NCBI RefSeq assembly: GCF_051307035.1
Contig: NZ_CP195537.1
Coordinates: 11,126-43,125, forward strand
DNA length: 32,000 nucleotides
Direction of reading: 5' to 3'
Source of the DNA: Psychrobacter sp. DM4
GTDB lineage: Bacteria > Pseudomonadota > Gammaproteobacteria > Pseudomonadales > Moraxellaceae
Shown here: piece after piece, positions 16,705-25,088 of the stretch
Numbering within the stretch: the stretch's first letter is position 1
How the letters are laid out: every line of letters starts with the position of its first letter
The notes under the pieces: model-generated
The model's database searches: none
What the model was told of the DNA's origin: nothing
What the model saw: the letters and a program-made list of their open reading frames with translations, nothing else
Position numbers and translations under genes: made by a program

Positions 16705-17427
16705 TTATTTATCATTCATAGCAAGGTGGATATTACGATCTGATGCGGATGCGTCATCCACGTATTTTGAATCGCGCCATGTCGTATAAGCATAGACACC
16801 ACTGTATGGGCTGATGCTGTTCTGACGGAAATCAGAAATCCAATTTTCGCCATCAAATATTTGGATATGGCCATGCGGGCGCTTTGATGAGCGATCATAG
16901 ACAATAACATCACCTACTTGGGTTGGCATATCATTACTGATTTTGCTAAAACCTGCTTTATCAAGCGTGCCACGAGTGGCGTACTGATAGGCTGAAGGAT
17001 TGGGTGTAAATTCATAACCAGCTGATTGTAGTGCTTTACGTACGTAACGGGCACAATATCCAGAGCTGCCAGATAAAGCCACTTTTGAGGCGCGAGCAGC
17101 AGCGATAGCGGGGGCTGAATTGCTGTCAGGAACCTTATTGACTTGCTGCTGTTGTTTTTCAGCGTATAAGCGGCTGTTTAATGATGAAAGCTGATTCTCT
17201 TTTTGCTTGGCCTGCGCACTTAGGTTGCTAATTGCTTGACTAATTTCATCATTATTAGAAACATAAGCACCACTTTTGGTGCTATAGATGTTTTTTGATG
17301 AACCGTAGTTTGATGCCACAGAAGTATTGGTGATGGTATTATTTGTTTGAGAGATTGTGATAGCAGCACCACTCGTTTGTGCTATGCCCATACCCAGTAC
17401 TGACAAAATCAATAAAGCCTGTTTCAT
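16705..17427 (-). CDS. secreted NlpC/P60-CHAP-like cysteine amidase/peptidase
   Basis: The likely start is the ATG at 17427 (MKQALLILSVLGMGIAQTSGAA signal peptide). An S/N/Q-rich linker follows, and the C-terminus has GYCARYVRKAL...GDVIVYD...PHGHIQIF (a Cys...His papain-like pattern). Confidence 0.55.
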   Translation of the reverse strand: MKQALLILSVLGMGIAQTSGAAITISQTNNTITNTSVASNYGSSKNIYSTKSGAYVSNNDEISQAISNLSAQAKQKENQLSSLNSRLYAEKQQQQVNKVPDSNSAPAIAAARASKVALSGSSGYCARYVRKALQSAGYEFTPNPSAYQYATRGTLDKAGFSKISNDMPTQVGDVIVYDRSSKRPHGHIQIFDGENWISDFRQNSISPYSGVYAYTTWRDSKYVDDASASDRNIHLAMNDK

Positions 17428-17800
17428 AAATCTAATACCTACGGTTAATTCAAAATCGTCTGTTATCAACAACAGCGCAGTCAATTAAATCTCAACAACA
17501 CAAGTATATATACGTCATAGTGACTGATACTTCTGCTGCATATTATTCATATAAAAAATAATTATTGGCGATCACAGCTCATTGAAGTCTTACGAAGCTG
17601 TTACAAATCAAGCTGCTGACCAAAACACAAAGCCGACTTTAGCATAGGCTGTTTAGCCTGTCATCACCCTTAAAAACCCCAAAAATACTTTTTTGATGTT
17701 GAAAAAATTGCTAATATCCCACATTTTACAATGTAAGTTTGTGTAACATGTACAGAATATAGCTGACTAGATTGACCACAATTTCTACTGTTTTATAAGC

Positions 17801-17857
17801 AAAAAAACGTCTGAGGGTTAAATCTATAATTTAGATTTAACCCTCAGACGTTTTTTT
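17801..17857. terminator. bidirectional terminator with a perfect 20-bp stem
   Basis: A7-acgtctgagggttaaatcta-taatt-tagatttaaccctcagacgt-T7. Confidence 0.8.
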
Positions 17858-18223
17858 ATTGGATGAAGTAATTACCCTATATAGGGTCTAACTAATTATT
17901 AAGATAATATAATAATTTATAATATTAATATAGATGCTAATTCCCTACTAGCTTATGTAATATTACGTAATTGTTTCGATACATCCTGTATATTCTTGTA
18001 TTAACCCTTAGTTATTTATCTATTTTAAGGGTTAATAACCGATAAATCCGCTTACATTGTCATCAAAAGTTACAAATTCAAAGTTATTTTTAATTTTAAA
18101 GTCGCAATAGCTAATGAATTTTTTGATGAAGAATCATTTTATAAGCAATAGAACAGTCTTATACTTGCTTCATTCGCTTTTAACGCTAACACTATAATCA
18201 AAGTATTCTTAACTGCTAACACA

Positions 18224-18868
18224 CTATAATTGCTGCTCTACCGATTCAATATCAGCATAAACTTGGGTCGTCCCGTCTTTATTGAGTTGCATAACCTGAT
18301 AGGGCATGAATTTATTTTGATACTCCATACCCGGGCTACCAACAGGCATGCCAGGTACGGCAAGACCCATAGCTTGTACTGGCGGATTTTCTAAAAACTG
18401 CGCCATATATTTAGCGGGTACATGACCTTCAAAGACGTAACCATCAGTAGTGACTACAGTATGGCAAGAACGCATTTCATTTGGAACGCTGTAGCGCTCT
18501 TTAAATACGGCTAAGTCCGCAACATCTTGCGCGGTTGCACTTAGACCATTATCTTCTGCATGACTTATCCATTCTTTACAGCAGCCGCAATTGGCATCTT
18601 TATAGACAGTGGCTGAGACGTTTTTTAGTAGGTCTGGTTTACTTACTGATGTCATCATAGGAGTATTTATAACGTTTGGTTCAGCTGTCTTCGGAACAGT
18701 CACTACATCTTCAGTTGATGCCGATGTTGTGCTTGCATCAGATACGCCACTACTCGGTTGGCTACAAGCAAATAGTGATGAGGCGGCAAGTAATACTAAC
18801 GTACTACGCAACCCCTTAGACAGATAACGATTGAATATAAGACTGGATTTTATTTTTAAGGGGGTCAT
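18224..18868 (-). CDS. DUF411 (CopG-like) metal-binding lipoprotein
   Basis: Lipobox LLAASSLFAC, the CGCC motif (KDANCGCCKEW), and CHTVV...GHVP...GMPVGSPGME. Confidence 0.75.
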   Translation of the reverse strand: MTPLKIKSSLIFNRYLSKGLRSTLVLLAASSLFACSQPSSGVSDASTTSASTEDVVTVPKTAEPNVINTPMMTSVSKPDLLKNVSATVYKDANCGCCKEWISHAEDNGLSATAQDVADLAVFKERYSVPNEMRSCHTVVTTDGYVFEGHVPAKYMAQFLENPPVQAMGLAVPGMPVGSPGMEYQNKFMPYQVMQLNKDGTTQVYADIESVEQQL

Positions 18869-19107
18869 AGTGCTCTCTCATGTACTGTAGATATTGTGAG
18901 CTATAGAAGGTCAAGTAACACTTCATATCGTTTGGTAATGTAGCATAATAACCCATCAAACGGAGTACGTAAATTTATCCATTGAGCAGTGCGGACTGGT
19001 ATCATAAGCAGCTTTCATTTTGAAATGCTGCCTGTAGTATTAACAGGTCTATCCGAGTTTTGGATTTTGACTAAAAATTCAAAACTCATAATTTTGGATA
19101 ATTTGCG

Positions 19108-20676
19108 ATGCGCCTGTCTACTATTAATCTACAAAAGCGTTTGAGTACTCACTCAAATCAATTACCGCTATGGTTTACGCTAGTAGCAGCATGGCTTGCA
19201 GGGGCTATTTTTTTATTTGCGCTAGCGCCTCATGGGTTCTGGCCGCTAGCAATAGTGTCACCAGCGATTTTATATGCGCTGTTGGTACCAAATATGAGTG
19301 GTCGTCGCGCTTTTATTATCGGTGAAGCTTACGGTATGGGGCTATGGTGCGTCGGCGGCTTTTGGCTCTATACTGCCATCCATGATTATAGCGATACTCC
19401 AACGTGGCTCGCATTGATTATGATTGGATTGATGGGTCTCGGTATGGGACTGTTTCATGGATTTTTAGCACTAGTCTTTAACCGTATGGTAGGCAAACAA
19501 CCCTTTTCATTTGCTGCTCTTTGGGTGCTACAAGAATGGTTAAAAACTTGGTTATTCACAGGCTTTCCGTGGCTGTTTGTTGGTTATGCATTTACTGAAG
19601 AGTATTGGTTATCGTCCTTAGCACCCGTTGCTGGTGTTTTTGCCGTCTCTTTTGTTGCCATACTATTGGCTGCAAGTTTAGTAGAGCTACTGCTTCGACG
19701 CAGTAGTTATGCCGTCGTTTCTGTACTGTTATTAGCCATTAGCACATCATTATGGCTGGTCAATCCGCAATGGACAAAACCTAAGGGCACACCTGATCTG
19801 TCAGTGTCATTGATTCAAGGTAATATTTCACAAGATATAAAGTGGCTGACGCAATATCAAGTAGAAACGCTAAAGATTTATGCGAAGTTAACGCGCACTG
19901 AGTGGGGACGTGATGTGGTGGTGTGGCCTGAATCATCTATTCCGATGTTTCAGGATGAGGCTGCGGGCTTTATTAGTGAAATGATAGAAATGGCCAATGC
20001 GACCAATACGACATGGATAACTGGTATCCCTTATAAGGATAAAGCGGCATTCAATGCCAGTACGGATAAGTATCCCCCATTTTACAATAGCGTGATTGCT
20101 CGAGGTGTAGAAGCGGAAGGCCTATACAAGAAGCAGCGTCTAGTGCCTTTTGGAGAGTATATTCCATTTGAAGGCGTGCTCGATATTTTCCCAAGTTTGG
20201 CCGGTAGTCAGGATATTAAGAGCTATAGTCGTGGTAGTGATCAGCAGTCACCGCTAAAGGTGCGTGAACACAATATAGGGACGGCTATCTGTTATGAGGT
20301 AGCTTATCCAGATACCACGCGTAAAAATGCCATCGATACTGACTTTTTGTTGACCGTCTCTAACGATGCCTGGTTTGGCACTTCAGCAGGACCATTGCAA
20401 CATTTGCAAATGGTACAAATGCGCGCGCTTGAGAACGGGCGCTGGTTTATTCGAGCGACCAATACTGGTGTTACCGCTATCATTAACCATAAAGGTCGTA
20501 TTGTAAAACGCGCACCGCAGTTTGAGCGTACTGTACTACGTGGTGAGATACAGGCACGGGTTGGTAACACGCCCTTTATGCTTATGGGAAATTATCCTAT
20601 CTTGATAATAATAACCCTGTTATTACTAATAAGCTATTTTGGCAAAGGTCTAACCACACTTAGAAGACGAGGGTAA
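19108..20676 (+). CDS. lnt: apolipoprotein N-acyltransferase
   Basis: Polytopic N-terminal half followed by a CN-hydrolase domain (VVWPESSIP, KQRLVPFGEYIP, ICYEVAYPD). Confidence 0.9.
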   Translation: MRLSTINLQKRLSTHSNQLPLWFTLVAAWLAGAIFLFALAPHGFWPLAIVSPAILYALLVPNMSGRRAFIIGEAYGMGLWCVGGFWLYTAIHDYSDTPTWLALIMIGLMGLGMGLFHGFLALVFNRMVGKQPFSFAALWVLQEWLKTWLFTGFPWLFVGYAFTEEYWLSSLAPVAGVFAVSFVAILLAASLVELLLRRSSYAVVSVLLLAISTSLWLVNPQWTKPKGTPDLSVSLIQGNISQDIKWLTQYQVETLKIYAKLTRTEWGRDVVVWPESSIPMFQDEAAGFISEMIEMANATNTTWITGIPYKDKAAFNASTDKYPPFYNSVIARGVEAEGLYKKQRLVPFGEYIPFEGVLDIFPSLAGSQDIKSYSRGSDQQSPLKVREHNIGTAICYEVAYPDTTRKNAIDTDFLLTVSNDAWFGTSAGPLQHLQMVQMRALENGRWFIRATNTGVTAIINHKGRIVKRAPQFERTVLRGEIQARVGNTPFMLMGNYPILIIITLLLLISYFGKGLTTLRRRG

Positions 20677-20862
20677 TAGTAAACTTAATCATAATAATTT
20701 AATCAGCGTAAGTTTTTTATTTTTTCTAGGTAACGTCCTAACGCACGTAAATATAAAAGTTTTAAACTATTGATCACATAAGAACTGATTGAAAAAATTA
20801 TGTTGACATAAGGCACGCGCCTCATACTTAAAAAGAGATAGCTATATACGGTCTATCATCTT

Positions 20863-21789
20863 TTAGTTGATACTTTCATTTAATGCACGCGATTTTTGAT
20901 TGTCATCTGCCTTAGTACCAAATTCAATAGTTGCATGTTGTATATTCTGATGCGCCAAATCTTCCTTGATGTTTTCTTTCATAGTAATAGTCTCTTCAAA
21001 CGTTATATTGGTCTTCGGTACAATATGAACTGTAAGAGCATTCTCAGTGGTACTCAAAGCCCAGATATGTAAATGATGAAAGTTTTGAATAAAATTATAG
21101 CTCTCTAAGATAGCAGTGATTTTACTGAGATCAACATTTTGAGGTACTCCGTCGATAGCAAGCTTGATACTCTCTTTTAGTAGACCCCAAGTCGATAACA
21201 GTATAACGACTGAAATAATCAAGCTAACTAGAGGATCAACGATATTCCAACTTGTATAGTAAATAATAATGCCCGAGATAACGACACCTACAGAGACCAA
21301 TGCATCTACCATTAGATGCAAGAAAGCACCTTTGACATTAATATCGTCTTTTTGACCTTTGTAGAATGCAAAAGCAGAAACAGTATTTATAAATACACCT
21401 ATTAGAGCTGTAATAATAATAACTTTTCCTGCAACTTCCGGTATCGTATCAAATCGACCCAAGGCCTCATACGCAATACCTATAACGATTGTAACTAACA
21501 ATATGGCGTTAATAAGAGACGCCATTATAGAAGCTTTTTTGTAGCCATAGGTATAAAGCGTAGTAGATGCTTTCTGTGCTAATTTCATTCCAATTAACGA
21601 GATTATTAAACTGGCAACATCACTTAAGTTGTGGCTAGCGTCTGCGATTAAAGCTAATGAATTAGTTGAGTAGCCCACTATAAACTCGATGAGCGTAAAT
21701 GCAGAATTTAGACCAATCCCAATATAAAAAGCTTTATTCATATTTTTAGGGTCTGGAGCTTGATGACTGTGGTTATCTGAATTACTCAT
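20863..21789 (-). CDS. czcD: cation diffusion facilitator (CzcD/ZitB-like) efflux protein
   Basis: LIADASHNLSDV and HLMVDALVSVGV motifs, six TM segments and a C-terminal cytoplasmic domain. Confidence 0.85.
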   Translation of the reverse strand: MSNSDNHSHQAPDPKNMNKAFYIGIGLNSAFTLIEFIVGYSTNSLALIADASHNLSDVASLIISLIGMKLAQKASTTLYTYGYKKASIMASLINAILLVTIVIGIAYEALGRFDTIPEVAGKVIIITALIGVFINTVSAFAFYKGQKDDINVKGAFLHLMVDALVSVGVVISGIIIYYTSWNIVDPLVSLIISVVILLSTWGLLKESIKLAIDGVPQNVDLSKITAILESYNFIQNFHHLHIWALSTTENALTVHIVPKTNITFEETITMKENIKEDLAHQNIQHATIEFGTKADDNQKSRALNESIN

Positions 21790-22087
21790 AATTTACCCTT
21801 GTTTAGGTTGCTGCATTTTATTAAAGGTAGAAAATAAGTTTATTGCATATTTTCTATATTGCACAGTCAATATTGCTCTAATACCGTAGACCCACTTATT
21901 TTTATCAATAAACTGAGCCACAACTTGATTGTGTGTCCTATCTCTCCTTGGGCGAAAAAAGCGGATTTTACTGTAATCTAACTGGCTTACGTAAGCTTCT
22001 TGTTCTCATGTTCAAGCTCTTTAGTATGTGTAGCTTAGTCTTGAATGTTGGTTAGTATAGTTTCATTAGTGTGCTTTTTATGACATG

Positions 22088-22957
22088 TGAACCGCCCCGA
22101 CTATATCGGAGGCTGATCTACTTGAGTCAGGCAGCGATGCCTGACAGGGTTAAATTATCATAATACCGCTTTTCAAACTCAAAGGGTGACACATATCCAA
22201 TCGTGCTATGTAGACGCTTCTTGTTGAACCAATCCACCCACTCAAGGGTTGCCAGTTCAACATCGTTCACACCAGTCCAGTTCTGCTTTAAATAATGAAT
22301 CACCTCAGACTTGTAAAGCCCATTGACCGTTTCAGCCAATGCATTGTCGTATGAATCGCCTGTTGTACCAACAGAAGCAATCACGCCAGAGTCCGTCATC
22401 TTATCGGTATAGCGAATAGATAAGTACTGAACCCCTCGATCACTGTGATGAATGACATCCTTAGGGTTGTTCCTGTCTGCTATCGCCTGATTTAGCGCAG
22501 CCATAACCATATCGGTATTCATGCGATTCGATACTTTCCAGCCCACAATAGCGCGAGCAAATACATCAATAATAAAAGCGGTATATACCCAGCCGCTAGT
22601 TGTTTTTATATAGGTGAAGTCAGCTACCCAAAGCTGATTGGGTTGACGTGCATTAAAGTTACGATTGACTAGGTCATCAGCGCGTTTTTGGTCGTCACGG
22701 CTGTTGGTGGTAATCTTACCCTTACCGCGCCAGACACCTTGCATACCATACTGCTTCATTAAACGCTCTACGGTGCAACGAGCAACCTTTACGCCATCAG
22801 CCTTCATCTGCTGCCAGACTTTACGAACACCGTAACGGCATTTACTGTCCTGCCAGATATGTTTGATTTCGCTGATGTAGAAGTCGTCATGCTGACTGCG
22901 TAATGAACCGCCCTGAGATTGTCGGAGACTCAACATCCTGAGAGAATACGACAATAA
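22088..22957 (-). mobile_element. truncated IS3-family insertion sequence (orfB end only)
   Basis: The terminus TGAACCGCCCCGAC.. starts at 22088 (an IS3-type TG end) with orfB inside. orfA and the other inverted repeat are missing. The sequence switches abruptly at about 22957-22963 to the fic-upstream repeat. Confidence 0.75.
22127..22954 (-). pseudogene. IS3-family DDE transposase OrfB, N-terminally truncated and lacking OrfA
   Basis: WVADFTYI (D), HHSDRGVQY (D) and DNALAETVNGLYKSE (E). The ORF begins with TTG at the truncation point. Confidence 0.8.
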
Positions 22958-22963
22958 AAAAAT

Positions 22964-23084
22964 AAAACTACGCCCTTTGATCTTTATTTAAAGGCATCAC
23001 AACGCCATATAAAAATCGATTTAATGCAGTAAGGCTTGATAATAACCATTATATTGCATTCATAATTGCTTTTCTGCAAAATGG
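22964..23084. repeat. copy B of the roughly 120-bp fic-upstream repeat
   Basis: See 4551-4668. Here it is followed directly by an octamer array rather than by fic. Confidence 0.85.
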
Positions 23085-23132
23085 TATGAGTATATGAGTA
23101 TATGAGTATATGAGTATATGAGTATATGAGTA
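23085..23132. repeat. tandem array, 6 x 8 bp (TATGAGTA; ACTCATAT on the other strand)
   Basis: Counted directly. Confidence 0.9.
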
Positions 23133-23267
23133 AAATTTGTTTCTTTCGACAATATAAGGCGGCAAACGTGCCAAGAAATTTAAACTAAGATCAATATGTC
23201 AGCTTTCATATGTACGTTTTAAAAAGATACATGAAGACATATCAAATTATCCCTTTGCTTCTTACTA

Positions 23268-23340
23268 ATATATGTACAGATATAAGTACAGATATAGTAT
23301 ATACTAGTATAACATTCAACCTATAATGATAGGTCATATA
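23268..23340 (+). promoter_or_regulatory. candidate yefM-yoeB promoter/operator
   Basis: TGTACA (23273-23278) and AGTACA (23285-23290) sit 12 bp apart inside the direct repeat GTACAGATATA x2. TATAAT lies at 23332-23337. TGTACA cores are known YefM-YoeB operator elements. Confidence 0.4.
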
Positions 23341-23370
23341 ACCAACATAATTAAACGTGGAGTAATTATT

Positions 23371-23661
23371 ATGGACGTTGTGAACTACACTGATTTTAGA
23401 AAGAGCTTAGCAAAGTATATCGATAAGGTAGACACTGATAAAGGCCCGATATTAATTACAAGACAAAATGCTAAACCGACGGTATTAATGAGTTTAGAAG
23501 AGTTTAACTCGTATGAGGAAACACTGCATCTTTTAAGCAGCCCTACCAATGCCAAGCGTCTCAGACGCTCTATTGCTGATGCTAAAGCTGGTCGCTTGAT
23601 TGAACGTGAGATTGATGCCAAAGATATGCCACTCACTTTTGATGATGAGGTAGACGCTTGA
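23371..23661 (+). CDS. yefM: Phd/YefM-family antitoxin
   Basis: MDVVNYTDFRKSLAKYIDKV...PILITRQNAKPTVLMSLEEFNSYEETLHLL. GTGGAG RBS before the ATG at 23371. The longer ORF-track start at 23326 is unlikely. Confidence 0.85.
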   Translation: MDVVNYTDFRKSLAKYIDKVDTDKGPILITRQNAKPTVLMSLEEFNSYEETLHLLSSPTNAKRLRRSIADAKAGRLIEREIDAKDMPLTFDDEVDA

Positions 23662-23912
23662 TACTATCTTGGACGGAAGACGCGTGGGAGGACTATGAGT
23701 ACTGGCAAAGAACCAGTAAAGAGAAAGTCAAACAGATCGGTAAGCTGATTAAAGCCATCAAACGTGACCCATTTAAGGGTATTGGCAAACCTGAACCACT
23801 CAAACATGACCTTGCAGGCTACTGGTCTCGTCGAATTGATCAAGAGCATCGGCTGGTTTATGAAATTCAAGATGATGCGATCATTATCGTCCAGTGCCGT
23901 TATCATTACTAA
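23658..23912 (+). CDS. yoeB: YoeB/Txe-family mRNA interferase toxin
   Basis: SWTEDAWEDYEYWQ...DPFKGIGKPEPLKHDLAGYWSRRIDQEHRLVY...CRYHY. The TTG start overlaps the yefM stop. Confidence 0.85.
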   Translation: MILSWTEDAWEDYEYWQRTSKEKVKQIGKLIKAIKRDPFKGIGKPEPLKHDLAGYWSRRIDQEHRLVYEIQDDAIIIVQCRYHY

Positions 23913-23931
23913 GCAAAGGTATAACAGCTCA

Positions 23932-23964
23932 AAAAGTGCCTGATTTATAATTAGGCACTTTTTC
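23932..23964. terminator. hairpin terminator after yoeB
   Basis: aaaagtgcct-gatttataatt-aggcactttt, flanked by A and T runs. Confidence 0.65.
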
Positions 23965-23982
23965 ATAGTGATAGGTAGTTAG

Positions 23983-24156
23983 TTAATGTCCAGAAACGTT
24001 CTTTAATTCTTGAGACATCTCAGCAATCAACTGACGCGAGTACTTAGCCACGATTTGTATTTCAGAATAGCTATGGTCAACCTTTAAGAGACTTGCGATG
24101 ATTTGACGCTTCTTAGTAACGGGTCTACGGCTTCTATGTTTATTTTCTGCTTTAGC
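23983..24156 (-). pseudogene. 3'-terminal remnant of a third serine recombinase gene
   Basis: The minus strand encodes AKAENKHRSRRPVTKKRQIIASLLKVDHSYSEIQIVAKYSRQLIAEMSQELKNVSGH*. It is collinear with the C-terminus of the 6700-7290 pseudogene (TKVESKYSGRRKDTEKRKIIASLLKSGRSYSEIQ..). There is no N-terminal part, and a stop lies directly upstream. Confidence 0.7.
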
Positions 24157-24209
24157 CTAAGTAATTTAAAAATGCCCTAGATATTAAAAACCTAATCTAT
24201 ATGACAAAC

Positions 24210-24254
24210 AAAAAAATGCCTCTGGGAGTTGACTCCTAGAGGCATTTAGTTTTT
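24210..24254. terminator. bidirectional hairpin terminator
   Basis: A7-tgcctctgggag-ttga-ctcctagaggca-tTTAGTTTTT with a 13-bp stem. The minus-strand reading ends in T7. Confidence 0.7.
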
Positions 24255-24255
24255 A

Positions 24256-24900
24256 ATGTAATTAACGGTTACAGTGTGCGTCAACACCCTGTAACGAACA
24301 AATAAGCATACGCAGTGCGTTATTTGAACAGCATTAAATGCCCGTGTAGGTGCATTTTATCCAAAATATGCTTTCATATCAACCTTATTCACTATACATT
24401 TTAAAAACTGCTTGTTCGCTCGTTACCTCCTTGTGCTGCTCTCTCTGTAATTGTTACCCGTCAAATGGGTGGCAGGCCTCGGCGACGACTGCGTTTGACA
24501 TAAGGGTGAGCTCCCTACAGGGGTGACTAGACAAAGGATCAGAGCAACGCAATGAGTGGTTACTCGTGCATATCGTAGCGGTATATTGGGTTTAGGCCCT
24601 TGCTAGCGTATGACAGCACAGTAGCGGTTAAGAGCGTGTCTAGGCGGTGCTATCAGCCGTAATCTTAACAACCGTAGCTTGATACAGTGATACGGTCTTG
24701 ATGACGCGATGGGCGATGAAGTCGGCATGACTAATCACATCAAATCCAAGGAATGCACTAAAGCGTTTGTGAGTATTTTTTTACTCATAAACGCTTTAGG
24801 GTGAGTGTTCCTTGAAATCTGCTCAAGGCTCCAAAATCAGCATAAATTCACTTAGGCTAACTTAAGTAGTATATAGCCCACTCGGCTATATACTATAAGA
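24256..24900. other. ORF-free, hairpin-rich segment (candidate structured RNA or non-autonomous element)
   Basis: No ORF of 60 aa or more on either strand across 23967-25088. Strong hairpins lie at 24259-24288, 24747-24814 (18-bp core plus 7-bp outer stem) and 24867-24895 (12-bp perfect stem). The hairpin at 24810-24828 competes with the outer stem of the 24747-24814 hairpin. Confidence 0.35.
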
Positions 24901-25088
24901 GTCCAGAGAAAAATTTAGAATAGTTAATATACAACAATCACTTATTCAGTGAGTCGATATTGTCATGGTTGATTCATAAGCTTAGTGTGAATAGAACGAG
25001 ATCTATGTCTTGGGCAAAGTATCTTTCACACTCATAACTGTTCTTTATCTTGAAATTCTAATTAAACTGAAACCTCGAATACTTTTAT

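Noticed and set aside
16298-20570. ORFs 16298-16576, 16716-16913, 18609-18827 and 20304-20570
   Set aside because: They are shadow ORFs opposite or out of frame within cadR, the NlpC/P60-like gene, the DUF411 gene and lnt.
24265-24900. ORF-less group II intron, prompted by the GTGCG at 24265
   Set aside because: I could not find a domain V-like 34-nt hairpin (AGC triad, bulge, GNRA loop) on either strand. The ACCGTA/TACGGT stems enclose loops that do not fold as domain V.
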